Shown here in pieces: positions 1-10,283 of a stretch of 64,000 nt of DNA. Below the pieces are notes generated by a model. It was not told the origin of the DNA. It made no database searches and worked only from the letters and a program-made list of their open reading frames with translations. Origin of the DNA: a virus; IMG/VR virus record IMGVR_UViG_3300020470_003428, positions 1 to 64,000 of that record; one strand, written 5' to 3'. Made by a program: the position numbers and the translations under genes. Numbering within the stretch: position 1 is the first letter of the stretch; every line of letters starts with the position of its first letter.

Positions 1-61
1 TGCTGGTTTTGAAATCCTTAATAAGGACTTCATAACTGTTGCTTACTCATTCGTATATTGA
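1..61 (+). CDS. 3' end of upstream gene, possibly major capsid protein (partial)
   Basis: Frame from nt 2 reads AGFEILNKDFITVAYSFVY-TGA, followed by GGAGG and the next ATG; capsid identity inferred from position only. Confidence 0.4.
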   Translation, partial: AGFEILNKDFITVAYSFVY

Positions 62-75
62 GGAGGTAACTAACA

Positions 76-711
76 ATGGCAAAACGTATTTATCCCGGTA
101 ACTGGGTAACTCAACTCAGTAGTTATCAAGGTCAGCCAGTTGTGGCTGTCCCAGGTCGTCAGTATTTCCAGAAAGTTGGATATGCATTAGTTGACGGCAC
201 AGGTGGCACAGAATTTTCTGTGACCATTCCTAGTCCTGATATGAGACAGGACGATAAGGTTCGTGCAAACATCACTAGCCTTGTTCTCCCTGCAGGTGCA
301 AGCGTCTACAACGTTGGTATTCGTGTGCCTGACATGAGGAAGGACAAAGCAGTTGGTAGTGCAACTTCTGGACTTGTTGGTACTAACACTGACACCATTG
401 CAGTTAAGCCTGCAGCTGGTGACGCTGCTGACACAATCAGCACAACAGTAGTTTCTACTCCAACACTTGCAGTTGCTAACACAACTATTGCTCCTACATC
501 TGCACAGAAAAGTGTAGTTACAGCGGCAATTTTGGCTGGATCAGAGACTCTTAAGGTCTATGTTCGCAACGCAGCTGGTAATGCAGCAGGTAGTAATCTA
601 TCTTCTACTGCAGCTGGTGGTACTCCAATCATTGTTGAAGTTTCATACTTCGTCGATGACGATGTTCCAGATGTTGAGTCAACATTCATTCCTTATATAA
701 CTGAGACCTAA
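76..711 (+). CDS. putative virion/capsid decoration protein
   Basis: GGAGG RBS; Thr/Ala/Val-rich 211 aa; followed by terminator. Confidence 0.55.
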   Translation: MAKRIYPGNWVTQLSSYQGQPVVAVPGRQYFQKVGYALVDGTGGTEFSVTIPSPDMRQDDKVRANITSLVLPAGASVYNVGIRVPDMRKDKAVGSATSGLVGTNTDTIAVKPAAGDAADTISTTVVSTPTLAVANTTIAPTSAQKSVVTAAILAGSETLKVYVRNAAGNAAGSNLSSTAAGGTPIIVEVSYFVDDDVPDVESTFIPYITET

Positions 712-733
712 ACCAGGTTTCTCACTACAATAT

Positions 734-760
734 GGGCATCTCAAAAGGATGCCCTTTTTT
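734..760 (+). terminator. intrinsic terminator
   Basis: GGGCATC-tcaaaag-GATGCCC + TTTTTT. Confidence 0.8.
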
Positions 761-766
761 ATTGAC

Positions 767-1198
767 ATGTCGTTGTATCAAAATCAAAAAAATGGACAAA
801 TTGTAGAGTTTATTGGCCACCATGATAAAGATTGGGCAATGGTCAAGAATTCTGCAGGAGTTGTTCAGTACGTCGCTTTAGATGATCTCGTTTCCTACGA
901 ACCTAACAAAGGCAGGACAGGAGAGAAAATAGAACCTCAGTCTGCTGAAAAATCCAAAGACGAGGACAAGATTCCTGAGACTGCAATCCCAGTTGACACG
1001 AGATTAAACATTAATGTTGCAACTGCTGAAGGAATTGCTAAGTCTGTTAAAGGTATTGGGTATGCCACAGCAAAGAAAATTCTTGAACTTAGAATGTCTC
1101 TCCCCGGTGAGAAATTTAAGAACCTTGATCAACTCAGAAAGATTAGTCGAGTTGATTGGGATCAAGTTATAAAGGATGATTTAATTTACGTTGCTTAG
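767..1198 (+). CDS. helix-hairpin-helix domain protein
   Basis: LNINVATAEGIAKSVKGIGYATAKKI...KFKNLDQL is a ComEA-type HhH motif; start moved to ATG 767 because 749 lies inside the terminator. Confidence 0.75.
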   Translation: MSLYQNQKNGQIVEFIGHHDKDWAMVKNSAGVVQYVALDDLVSYEPNKGRTGEKIEPQSAEKSKDEDKIPETAIPVDTRLNINVATAEGIAKSVKGIGYATAKKILELRMSLPGEKFKNLDQLRKISRVDWDQVIKDDLIYVA

Positions 1199-1226
1199 AA
1201 TAGAACGAAAGGCTTTTGTTTAGCGA

Positions 1227-1712
1227 TTGGAATTAAACGACTACGATAAGAGCCGTTGCAGGTTTCACCTCGGCTACAACGTCGGTGCAAATTTACCTGC
1301 TGGAGATATAGCCCGTCTCGAAGAGGCGATGGCTCGTATTCCAGACAGTTATTTTTACACTCGTGTTATTGAACATTTAACTCGTTGCGATAAGGCTTAT
1401 AAGCTTTCTCAAGTTTTCAGAGTTGAAACTCAGCCACAGCCAAGTCGAATCGAACGGATCACAGGTGACACAGATCGTGCCATCTATCAATCTGATCCTA
1501 TTAAGGCTGATAAGGATTACAGAGAAATCTACTTAAGAGAAGTAGATCGATTAGCAGAAACTTTATATGTTGCTAATTACCGCAGAGATGAGGTTCGTCG
1601 ATATGCATTCGACAGGTCTGGAGGAGAGTTTATTATGTCTGTAAAAGGCCCAGCAGATACTGCTGTAGGGACGAGAGTTTCTCAGGCCGTTGGTTCTATG
1701 AATTGGAGGTAA
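1227..1712 (+). CDS. phage protein, putative head-completion/adaptor
   Basis: 161-aa ORF, TTG start, in structural block; function from position only. Confidence 0.45.
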   Translation: MELNDYDKSRCRFHLGYNVGANLPAGDIARLEEAMARIPDSYFYTRVIEHLTRCDKAYKLSQVFRVETQPQPSRIERITGDTDRAIYQSDPIKADKDYREIYLREVDRLAETLYVANYRRDEVRRYAFDRSGGEFIMSVKGPADTAVGTRVSQAVGSMNWR

Positions 1713-1715
1713 CCC

Positions 1716-2468
1716 ATGGCTAGAAAAGCATCAAACAAAGGTCAAGCATATCCTGGGCAATTTCCAGAATACACAGCAACCACTGTCAATAACTCTGTAG
1801 GCAGTTTCCCAGGACAAAAATGGGAACCTGTTGTGTTAAATCAAAAAGGAAAAGGCAAAAACGAGAAGGTTAAAGAGATGGGGATGAATGCTGGAATGAA
1901 AGCGCATGAGTTTGGCAAGATTAACCAACCTGCTCAAGATGCATTTTCTCAAATAGGAAATGAGATGACAGTAGCTCCTCAATCTGTTCCAAATAAAACA
2001 CTTAACAAGTCAGGCAATGTTAATACCTTCTTAAGTGCAGTTAAAGCAGAATTTAATGATCAAAGCAAAGCTACTGCTTCTGTAAAAGATTACAAATTTG
2101 GAGCTCAAATATCTGCTTTAGGTGTGAACCCTGCAGCAAATGCAAGTGAAGTTGGTTTCTCGGTAGGCAATGATCCATTGAGGTCAGGATTTAACAGGAC
2201 AACTGCTATGGGAGTTGTTCCTACTAGAAATCAAAAACCAGCATCAACGGATATTGATGTATTTCAAAACCCAACCAGTGCTCAGGTAAATGTCAACAGC
2301 GCAGGAGTTCAGATGGCTCAGAATAGCAACCCTGGCTCTAGTCCTAACCCTGCTGATAGAAGTCAGCTAACAGGGGAGGGAGGTATGAAAGTTCAGGCTA
2401 CTCCTAGCTTTACTGATTCCTTTGTGGCAAATGTGAGTCAGCAACTTAGTAGCACACCGTTAACATGA
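1716..2468 (+). CDS. hypothetical low-complexity protein
   Basis: 250-aa Asn/Gln/Ser-rich ORF tightly packed with neighbours. Confidence 0.6.
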   Translation: MARKASNKGQAYPGQFPEYTATTVNNSVGSFPGQKWEPVVLNQKGKGKNEKVKEMGMNAGMKAHEFGKINQPAQDAFSQIGNEMTVAPQSVPNKTLNKSGNVNTFLSAVKAEFNDQSKATASVKDYKFGAQISALGVNPAANASEVGFSVGNDPLRSGFNRTTAMGVVPTRNQKPASTDIDVFQNPTSAQVNVNSAGVQMAQNSNPGSSPNPADRSQLTGEGGMKVQATPSFTDSFVANVSQQLSSTPLT

Positions 2469-2692
2469 GCACTCCTCAATTCAAAGGCTTTGATAAACCG
2501 AAAATGAAAGGCTCATATTTTGATCCTCCTCCTGTTCCGTTATTTTCTGGCCAACCCACAAGTCCTCGAAGTACTGAATCTCGAGGATTAAATACTGCAC
2601 TAGGATTAATGCATAGTGGACCTCAGCGAGACATTCCGGCTGGGGAACCAGGAAGTCATCAAGGATGGGCTCCTGCTGGTCCAGGAATGTAG
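2465..2692 (+). CDS. hypothetical Pro/Gly-rich protein
   Basis: 75 aa, start at the upstream stop. Confidence 0.5.
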   Translation: MSTPQFKGFDKPKMKGSYFDPPPVPLFSGQPTSPRSTESRGLNTALGLMHSGPQRDIPAGEPGSHQGWAPAGPGM

Positions 2693-2732
2693 GCATAGAA
2701 AGCCTATAAAATTAATTAAGACGAGGTTTTAA

Positions 2733-3254
2733 ATGGCAACCAGCAGTTCAAACAAGATGCCGCTTTTGGTCGACAGACCATTGCATTCGTTCGCAACACT
2801 TGGTGCGACGGCGGCTTTAACATCAGCAACTAACTTGAACACACCTGCTCCAGCGGGATGTGTCTTACTAGTCGATTGTTCCGCTAATGACGGAGCCGTG
2901 ATTGATAGCTTATCAATCATTTGCAATGAAGCGACGACAACCACTTCCAATGTCATAGCATTTTTAAGTACAGCTACGACAGCAGCAAATATTACAACAG
3001 CGAACACTGTTGCAGTGGCGACGGGTACTATTGGATCTACCGCTATGGGGGATCGAACCAATATTTCTTTACCTCCTTTGACAGTACCAGTTCCTAACCT
3101 CGGGGGAACAACTGGTGCTAGTGAAACAGATAAGAAAAATACTGGGTTATATGTCCCATCAGGAGCGTTGTTATATGTCGGTTTAGATGTCGTACTAAGT
3201 GTTCCTAGTGCTGCAACTGTTGTTCACGTTTTAGCTCAAGGAGGATTCTTCTAA
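2733..3254 (+). CDS. putative virion structural protein
   Basis: GAGG RBS; Ala/Thr/Val-rich, beta-type 173 aa. Confidence 0.55.
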   Translation: MATSSSNKMPLLVDRPLHSFATLGATAALTSATNLNTPAPAGCVLLVDCSANDGAVIDSLSIICNEATTTTSNVIAFLSTATTAANITTANTVAVATGTIGSTAMGDRTNISLPPLTVPVPNLGGTTGASETDKKNTGLYVPSGALLYVGLDVVLSVPSAATVVHVLAQGGFF

Positions 3255-5350
3255 TGCCATCAGCCGCTAGTACATCTTCTTTCTTAGACAATCTCTATCA
3301 ATCCAAATTTGGTCGAGCACCTGATGCTGGCGGTAAGGCTTATTGGGCAAAGCAACTAAATTCAGGAAAGTTAACTACCGATCAAGTATCTAAAAGTTTT
3401 GATGCTTCTCAAGAAGCGAAAGATCGAGCAGCTAAGAATATTGCGCCTGGGGTAAAAGATACTTCTAGTTTTAAAAAAGCAGCAGCAGCAGTTGCAGCTA
3501 AAACAGCTTCTTCAACACCTGCAGCTTCTTCAACACCTGCTGCGACAGTTACTACTACGGCGAATACTAGTAGTGCAAATTCTGGCGGAGGTAGTACAAG
3601 TTCTGGTGGTGGTGGTGGAAATGTAACAATCACCGCTAACAATTCAAGCGGTGGAGGTGGATCTTCTAGTGGAGGTGGATCCTCTTCCGGTGGAGGTGGA
3701 TCTTCCTCTGGTGGTGGTGGTGGTGGTGGGTCTTCCACTCCAAGCACAAGAGAACAGGTAGAAAATTTATACAAAGAAATCTTACATCGAGGATCCGATC
3801 AAGGTGGAAGTGATTATTGGACCAAAGAAATTGAATCCGGTAGGCAAACGATTGACCAAGTGCGAGGACATATTGAAGCTAGTCCCGAGGCTGCAAAAGT
3901 TGGAGAGAATTTAAATTTCCTAGAAAATCTTTATAAGACCGATCTAGATAGAACCGAATCTCCCGACGCAGATGTAACTGACAGTGTCTTAGATACGGGT
4001 GGAAAAGAATATTGGATGAAAGCATTGGCTACAGGTTCTAGCCAAGAAGATGTGGCGAGAGCAGTGCGTCATTCAAACGAATTTGAAACCGCTGCTACTG
4101 ATTGGATTAAAGATACGTATAGCGATGTACTTGGACGTGAATATGGATACAAAGGCGAAGTTAATGAATTCGGGGATGGCGACCATCGGATGGATGACGA
4201 GGCAGGAGAAATTAGCGGAATGGATTATTGGCTAAACCACTTGAGAAGTGGAGATAGCCGTGACGACGTCAGGAATATGATTGCCAATACGGACGAAGGT
4301 TGGATACAGCAAATGTATCTAGAACATTTAGATCGTAGTGCAGGAGCAGAAGGAAGAACTTACTGGGGTGATGATTTAAAGGCGGGAGCAACGAGGGAGG
4401 AAGTCCTCGCTAACATTAAACGCTCAGCAGAGTACCAATGCAAGAGCTCTGGAGGAGCTTGGGATGGTGCAAGTAGAAGTTGCGGAACCCAGCCAACCCC
4501 TTGCCCTGAAGGTCAAACAAGAGACTCTGCAGGAAACTGTCAACCAAATGAGACACCTTGTCCTTCAGGTCAGACAAGAAATTCTGCTGGTGCATGCGTT
4601 CCAGAAGAAACACCTTGCCCCTCAGGACAAACTCGTAATGCAGCAGGTGTCTGTGAAGTAGACGATGTCACATGTCCTACTGGTCAGACAAAAGATGCTA
4701 ACGGTAATTGCATTAATACTCCTATTGTTTGTGGTACTGGTCAAAAATTAAACGCAGCAGGAACAGGTTGTGTTCCTGATAATCCTGATCCTATTGTGTG
4801 TGGCGCTGGCCAAAAACCAAACGCAGCAGGGACAGGTTGTATTCCTGATGACGGAGGTAACGGAGGTAACGGAGACAATGGTAACGGAGACAATGGTAAC
4901 GGCGACACAGGAACTTGGTCTGGACCAGGAGAAGATTCTGACCCAATAGACGACCCTTCAGGCGCTTATTCAAAAGAGAATCCTACTCAGTCATACGACA
5001 ACAAGAAAGCAGAATACGCACAATTATATGCTCACACTTTGCAAGACAAAGCAAATTTAGAGGGTCAGAATTACAAGCAGCTTCAAAGAGAATTGCAGGG
5101 TTATATTGACGCTCAAAGAGATGACGAAACTTCGAGATTAAGAAGTGGTATCACAATTGGAGGTAATCAAGCAAGTCAAAGACCTAGTAATTTAAAGAGT
5201 GGCTCTCCTAGCTATGGCAGTAAGTCCAGTGATAGAGGTTTGATTACTAGTGGACCAAAGTATAAGGATGACAGACCTTATGCCCCTAGAGGAATGAAGA
5301 AAGGTTCTCCTATCTCTAGTTCTTACTTCGCAATGGCTGAGAGGTTCTAG
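3254..5350 (+). CDS. multi-DUF4214-like domain protein with Gly/Ser linker and Cys-rich repeats
   Basis: About five LY...GR..D.(E/G)G..YW units; six C-x-x-G-Q...C repeats; GNGDN repeats. Confidence 0.7.
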   Translation: MPSAASTSSFLDNLYQSKFGRAPDAGGKAYWAKQLNSGKLTTDQVSKSFDASQEAKDRAAKNIAPGVKDTSSFKKAAAAVAAKTASSTPAASSTPAATVTTTANTSSANSGGGSTSSGGGGGNVTITANNSSGGGGSSSGGGSSSGGGGSSSGGGGGGGSSTPSTREQVENLYKEILHRGSDQGGSDYWTKEIESGRQTIDQVRGHIEASPEAAKVGENLNFLENLYKTDLDRTESPDADVTDSVLDTGGKEYWMKALATGSSQEDVARAVRHSNEFETAATDWIKDTYSDVLGREYGYKGEVNEFGDGDHRMDDEAGEISGMDYWLNHLRSGDSRDDVRNMIANTDEGWIQQMYLEHLDRSAGAEGRTYWGDDLKAGATREEVLANIKRSAEYQCKSSGGAWDGASRSCGTQPTPCPEGQTRDSAGNCQPNETPCPSGQTRNSAGACVPEETPCPSGQTRNAAGVCEVDDVTCPTGQTKDANGNCINTPIVCGTGQKLNAAGTGCVPDNPDPIVCGAGQKPNAAGTGCIPDDGGNGGNGDNGNGDNGNGDTGTWSGPGEDSDPIDDPSGAYSKENPTQSYDNKKAEYAQLYAHTLQDKANLEGQNYKQLQRELQGYIDAQRDDETSRLRSGITIGGNQASQRPSNLKSGSPSYGSKSSDRGLITSGPKYKDDRPYAPRGMKKGSPISSSYFAMAERF
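3587..3735 (+). repeat. Gly/Ser-coding low-complexity tandem repeat
   Basis: GGTGGAGGTGGATC(T/C)TC units encoding SSGGG. Confidence 0.75.
4495..4845 (+). repeat. Cys-rich ~19-21 aa coding repeats (x6)
   Basis: CPEGQTRDSAGNC / CPSGQTRNSAGAC / CPSGQTRNAAGVC / CPTGQTKDANGNC / CGTGQKLNAAGTGC / CGAGQKPNAAGTGC. Confidence 0.8.
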
Positions 5351-5352
5351 TA

Positions 5353-6759
5353 ATGGGTAAAGGATTGGGGGCGGCTTCCTTGGGTGGCGGCTTTGGTCTC
5401 CAACCGATTACTCGTGGCTTAAGATCTAAAGCAAAAGGCTTATATCCTACTAAGACGACAGGGGCAGGGGAATATGGAACAATCGTTTTTCCTACTGTTC
5501 TAGAAAACTACAATCGCACGACAGATTACAAGCGTTGGCAATTAGGTCAAGCATATTATTACGGCACAGGTCGATCATGGGATGATGTTGCTTTGTACAG
5601 CAATACTCGTTTTTCTACAGGAGCCGTTAGTGGTGTGTCTAAAGATATTGTCACGATGTTTCCTAGTAAAACCAGTCCTGAAAGAACATGGTATGTAGGA
5701 CTAAGAACAAGGGGAAGTATCATATTGCCTCAACCTCTCAATGCATCAGCAATTAGTACTTTCACTTCTGATCCTGATCCTGCAAACCATCGATTAGTTT
5801 ATGACGTTAGTGGAGTATTAACTGCAACGCAAGTTGGCATCTTTAATGTTTTTATAGGAGATCAATTCGAAGACACGGCTAGCGGTCCTAACTATCCAGA
5901 CGATGTTGTAGAAAAGCCAGAAGGAAGTATTGCTCTAACTCTTTTAGAAGCTAACGCAGGTGCATTAACTTTAACGTTTGATTTATCAAAAGCGTTTACT
6001 CGTGTTCGGAAAAATAATACGTTGTATTGGAAACAAATAGATTACGATCCTGCTTCTCCCCCTGAGTGGAACACTAGTGGTCGCCATTTATGTTCTTCTC
6101 ATAAGTTGTTTTGTTGTTGTCCTGATCATCTAGGAGGCGCCTTAGCAAATTTAGAATTTCCGAAAGAATCAGGAGGAATGGACAGCTTCCCTTTACCCAA
6201 CGCTAGTCGTACTGTTTTTTCTAAATGGGAAAAAGAAGGTGCAGGTTATTACAGACAATGGAGAAGCCTACCTCAACGTATTGACGAAAGAAGAGAATGC
6301 AAGCATATGCATGCAATGAGGTGGGAGTGTGGTTGTCCTTGGTATGAACCTAATGATTATCCAATCAATGAAGATGAATTTAGCACTTTTAGTAATCAAT
6401 TAGAACGTGATTTTGGAGATGAAGTTTATTCTGAATACAATGCACGACATCGGATCAATTACGACCGATACATTCTCTCGTTAGCAGAAGTTGTTGGTAT
6501 TAACTTATTCCCTGGGGGAGATGTTCGAAACAATATTCGACCTTCATCATTGCCTATGCTATGGAATGATCCTACTGAACCTGAAATTAGTTGGTGTCGA
6601 CAAAATGATTGGTGGCTAAAAAGAGGCTCTCAGCAAATGAGAATTTTCAATAGTACTACTCAACAATTCGAATCGACTGTTACACAAGGAGGAATCGAAT
6701 TCCCAATGATTGAATCTGTGAAAGGTGGTTCAGCCAATGCTCCAGTCATTATCAAGTAA
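5353..6759 (+). CDS. phage protein with SWIM-type Zn-finger-like motif
   Basis: FCCCPD...ECKHMHA fits CxC...CxH. Confidence 0.55.
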   Translation: MGKGLGAASLGGGFGLQPITRGLRSKAKGLYPTKTTGAGEYGTIVFPTVLENYNRTTDYKRWQLGQAYYYGTGRSWDDVALYSNTRFSTGAVSGVSKDIVTMFPSKTSPERTWYVGLRTRGSIILPQPLNASAISTFTSDPDPANHRLVYDVSGVLTATQVGIFNVFIGDQFEDTASGPNYPDDVVEKPEGSIALTLLEANAGALTLTFDLSKAFTRVRKNNTLYWKQIDYDPASPPEWNTSGRHLCSSHKLFCCCPDHLGGALANLEFPKESGGMDSFPLPNASRTVFSKWEKEGAGYYRQWRSLPQRIDERRECKHMHAMRWECGCPWYEPNDYPINEDEFSTFSNQLERDFGDEVYSEYNARHRINYDRYILSLAEVVGINLFPGGDVRNNIRPSSLPMLWNDPTEPEISWCRQNDWWLKRGSQQMRIFNSTTQQFESTVTQGGIEFPMIESVKGGSANAPVIIK

Positions 6760-6768
6760 AATCAAACT

Positions 6769-7296
6769 ATGGCGTATTACCCAGAAAATACTGGTGGCAT
6801 TATCGCCGCTATTAATGCCTGCATACTTGCAGCGGGAGGTACAGTGACCAGTTATAACAACAATACTGGTGGAATTATTCAAGCATTGCTTGCTTTGCAA
6901 ACAGCAATAGCAGGAATGGGAGGAGGCTCTGCTGTTGAAATAGAACTCACAGCAGGAGAGGTCTTAGCAAAAGGAGATGCTGTTTATATTGACAGCAATG
7001 GGAAGTTGATGAAAGCTATACAAGACAGCACAAGAGACATAGCCACAGTTGCAGGGGTCATAAAAGATGATGTTGCAATGGACTCTTTAGCTAAATTAGT
7101 GTTCGCAGGAAAAATAGACTTAACAGGCTGGGGAGGTGCTGCTTTAACTCCTGGAGATAGATATTTTTTAGATGGTTCAGGTGGTTTAAGTCAGACTCCA
7201 ACTTCAACTGCGGGAGAATATGTAGTGTTAGTAGGCGAGGCTTTAGATGCTAATACTCTCGCATTAAATATTGATACCCCTGTCTTACTAAGCTGA
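6769..7296 (+). CDS. putative virion protein (cement/tail-associated type)
   Basis: AGEVLAKGDAVYID...LTPGDRYFLD...VLVGEAL pattern common in phage structural proteins. Confidence 0.55.
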   Translation: MAYYPENTGGIIAAINACILAAGGTVTSYNNNTGGIIQALLALQTAIAGMGGGSAVEIELTAGEVLAKGDAVYIDSNGKLMKAIQDSTRDIATVAGVIKDDVAMDSLAKLVFAGKIDLTGWGGAALTPGDRYFLDGSGGLSQTPTSTAGEYVVLVGEALDANTLALNIDTPVLLS

Positions 7297-7925
7297 TGGC
7301 AATTCGCAATCCAATTGTCTATGTAAATGGCTATCCAGAAGAGTTAGCCAACTCTGATCGATTGAATGGTGTAGGAAAGAGTACAGTTTCAGCAACTGCT
7401 CCTTCTAATCCAGAAGAAGGCGATATTTGGCTAGATACAAACGGAGATATTCTAAAGATCTACAAGAGTGGAGCATGGACAGAACCAACAGAAGACTTAT
7501 CCACTGCTGTAGTTGCGGGGTCAGCCCCATCGAGTCCTAGTAATGGATTACTTTGGTTCGATACAACCACTGATCAATTAAAAATTTACGAGGGATCTTC
7601 TAGTAGCTGGAAATTAGCAGAATCTCAAACTTATATTTCAGGTAGCACTCCTAGCTCTGCTTTAGCAGGAGAATTTTGGTGGGATACAACAAACACCAGA
7701 TTAAAAATTTACACAGGCAGTGCTTGGGTTGAAATTGGACATAAAACTTTTAGTAGTGCTGCAGCACCTACATCTGGAATGGTTGAAGGTGATTGGTGGT
7801 ATAACTCAACATCGGGAGCCTTTAGTATGTATATAGCAGGATCCATTAACGCTTGGACTGTCGTGAGTAGCGGTGGTGGAAGCGGTGGAGGAGGATCTGT
7901 TAACGACATCCTTGCGTATGGTTAA
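7296..7925 (+). CDS. tail/tail-fibre-associated repeat protein
   Basis: Four APSxP.xG.xW.DT repeats. Confidence 0.65.
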   Translation: MAIRNPIVYVNGYPEELANSDRLNGVGKSTVSATAPSNPEEGDIWLDTNGDILKIYKSGAWTEPTEDLSTAVVAGSAPSSPSNGLLWFDTTTDQLKIYEGSSSSWKLAESQTYISGSTPSSALAGEFWWDTTNTRLKIYTGSAWVEIGHKTFSSAAAPTSGMVEGDWWYNSTSGAFSMYIAGSINAWTVVSSGGGSGGGGSVNDILAYG

Positions 7926-8305
7926 TGGCAACGTTTAAGAAGTTTAATCTACCTTTTGGTTCGGCTACTTATCCAAGTAGTGGAGCGACAAATATTTATA
8001 CACACCCTGGTTCTACTGACAAGGCAAGTGTGATTGTAGGATTATCCGTTTCCAACACAAGCAGTTTTGACCTTCCATGTGATGTTTGGCTTAAGAAAGG
8101 AGGTACATCATTACCTCATTACTTAGCTAAAGAGAGGACAATCAAAGCTGGCGAAACAATTCAATTGATCGATAGCGGTCAAAAGGTTGTTTTAGAATAT
8201 GCATCATCAAATGCAGACGCTCTATGGGCGAATGCTCCTACAGTAGATGGAAGTAGTACTACAACCTTTAGCTGTTGGTTATCTATTTATGAGGACGTTA
8301 ACTAA
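7925..8305 (+). CDS. putative tail-associated protein
   Basis: IYT.P...VIVGLSVSN beta-sandwich type; TAATG coupling. Confidence 0.55.
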   Translation: MATFKKFNLPFGSATYPSSGATNIYTHPGSTDKASVIVGLSVSNTSSFDLPCDVWLKKGGTSLPHYLAKERTIKAGETIQLIDSGQKVVLEYASSNADALWANAPTVDGSSTTTFSCWLSIYEDVN

Positions 8306-8595
8306 TGAGCCTTGATTCAATTAGTCTCGTCAAAGAAGTCGAGACTCCCGCAACCGTCGAATTCAAAGAACCCACAGGCAAAATTGCTTATGGTTTCTTA
8401 TTTAATCGTTTGACAGGTTCTTTAGACGTTCTACGTCATGAAGACGGATCCTTTGTGAAGATGGAGGATAATATTAATAATATAATTAGTGATGATGACT
8501 ATACCACAGTTGTATGGTCGAACAAGCTTCTCAACTTTAGTTGGGCGGCACCAAGTACAAACTACACAGGACACTTACAGGTTGAAATCGTATGA
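8305..8595 (+). CDS. hypothetical virion protein
   Basis: 96 aa, coupled starts and stops. Confidence 0.5.
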   Translation: MSLDSISLVKEVETPATVEFKEPTGKIAYGFLFNRLTGSLDVLRHEDGSFVKMEDNINNIISDDDYTTVVWSNKLLNFSWAAPSTNYTGHLQVEIV

Positions 8596-10055
8596 GCACT
8601 GTTATTGATCTCGGTAAACTACGATTTCTATTTCGTGGTGACTATAACAACGGTACTAGCTATGAGCTAAATGATGTTGTCACCTACGGTGGTAACTCCT
8701 ATGCCTACATAAACGTTACAACTGCCTCTGGGAACAATCCAGACAATACAACCTACTGGTCTTTAATGACTAGAGGTTTAACACTTAGAGGTGATTGGGA
8801 TTCAGCAACTCAATATGTTGCAGGCGATATCATCAAGCTCAATGGAATTCTTTATAAGGCTAAAGCGACCACAACAAATCATGAGCCGCCTAATGCTACA
8901 TATTGGGAAGAGTTCGTAGCAGGATTTAACTATACCGGTAATTGGAGCTCAGCAACTGCATACAAGAAAAACGATGTCGCCATGCAAAATGGCGTCAATT
9001 ATATTTGTATCCTTGCTCATACCAATCAAGATCCACCTAACGGTACCTATTGGAATGAATTTGCAGCAGGTTACAACGATACCGGTGATTGGAATAATGC
9101 AACAGCCTATCAAGTTAATGACTTAGCTACTCTTAGCGGAATTATTTACAAATGTAAGGCTGATAATACAAACCAAGAGCCACCTAATAGTACTTATTGG
9201 GATGTCTTTAGTATTGGTTTTACTTATACAGGAGCGTACAACAATGCAACAGCTTATAAAATTAATGACATTGTTTTAAATAGCAGTGTTACATACCGCT
9301 GTACGGCTGCAAGTACTGGTAATGAGCCTCCTAATGCAAGTTACTGGGAAGCATTTGCTTCAGGTTTTGAGTTTAAAGGAGCTTACAACGGTGCAACTGC
9401 ATACAAGCTAAACGATATTGCGACAGTTAATGGCATTCAATACCGTTGCAAAGCAGCTAGCACAGGGAATGAGCCTCCTAATGGTACTTATTGGGAAGTT
9501 TTTTCTGAAGGGTACAAACATATAGGTAATTGGCTAGTTGGTACTAATTACAAGCTGAATGACATCGTTAAACACGGTGGAGCTCAATACAGAGCCAAGC
9601 AAGCAAACGTAGGACAAGAGCCTCCAAGTGCTGCTAATTGGGATGTTTTTGTTGAGGGTGTTAATTTTGTAGGTGCATGGGCGGCAACAACTGCTTATAA
9701 CGTGGGTGATGTTGTTTTCCATCAAGGACAACAATACAAGTGTTTAATAGATAACACTTCTAGTTCTAGTTTCTTATCTGATTATGTTACTGATAGCAAG
9801 TGGGAGAGGTTCACGACAGGAACCTTCTATAGGGGTGGCTATGCTGATGCAACTGAATACTTTAAAAATGATCTAGTAACAACTGGTAGCTCTCCAAACT
9901 TAAACCTATATATCAATATCAACGATCATACTTCTAATGGCGCAGCGATAACAGATGCAACAGAAGTAGCTAATTGGATGGTTCTTATAGCAGGACAATG
10001 GCAGGCGACAACTGATGTTACTATGCGTTCGTTCTTCTATGGCATTATGAACTGA
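8592..10055 (+). CDS. carbohydrate-binding-module-like (CBM5/12-type) repeat virion protein
   Basis: About 9 ~49-aa repeats G.W..AT.Y...D.V...G..Y.C....N.EPPN..YW. Confidence 0.75.
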   Translation: MSTVIDLGKLRFLFRGDYNNGTSYELNDVVTYGGNSYAYINVTTASGNNPDNTTYWSLMTRGLTLRGDWDSATQYVAGDIIKLNGILYKAKATTTNHEPPNATYWEEFVAGFNYTGNWSSATAYKKNDVAMQNGVNYICILAHTNQDPPNGTYWNEFAAGYNDTGDWNNATAYQVNDLATLSGIIYKCKADNTNQEPPNSTYWDVFSIGFTYTGAYNNATAYKINDIVLNSSVTYRCTAASTGNEPPNASYWEAFASGFEFKGAYNGATAYKLNDIATVNGIQYRCKAASTGNEPPNGTYWEVFSEGYKHIGNWLVGTNYKLNDIVKHGGAQYRAKQANVGQEPPSAANWDVFVEGVNFVGAWAATTAYNVGDVVFHQGQQYKCLIDNTSSSSFLSDYVTDSKWERFTTGTFYRGGYADATEYFKNDLVTTGSSPNLNLYININDHTSNGAAITDATEVANWMVLIAGQWQATTDVTMRSFFYGIMN

Positions 10056-10216
10056 TGCCTTTATTTAAAAGGTTGCAGAAGAAAATAGCCAAGCAAGAAA
10101 CACTTGCTAATTTTATAGACGAAAAAAATAAGCAATCAACACGACGTCGCTTGAAGGCACGAGCTAAACTACGAATACGTGTAGAAAAGAATGGCGACTT
10201 CGGAATTGGTCCTTAG
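10055..10216 (+). CDS. small basic protein (53 aa, not in ORF track)
   Basis: MPLFKRLQKKIAKQETLANFIDEKNKQSTRRRLKARAKLRIRVEKNGDFGIGP; TGATG coupling. Confidence 0.5.
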   Translation: MPLFKRLQKKIAKQETLANFIDEKNKQSTRRRLKARAKLRIRVEKNGDFGIGP

Positions 10217-10283
10217 TTATTCCTATCTACTCTATACTTGTTAATGACAGGGTATTACCTACCCGAAACTTTGAATAGTACAC

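Noticed and set aside
3409-3774. Minus-strand Pro-rich ORF (also 2729-3061, 7709-7909, 30186-30404 and similar)
   Set aside because: Antisense shadows of low-complexity real genes
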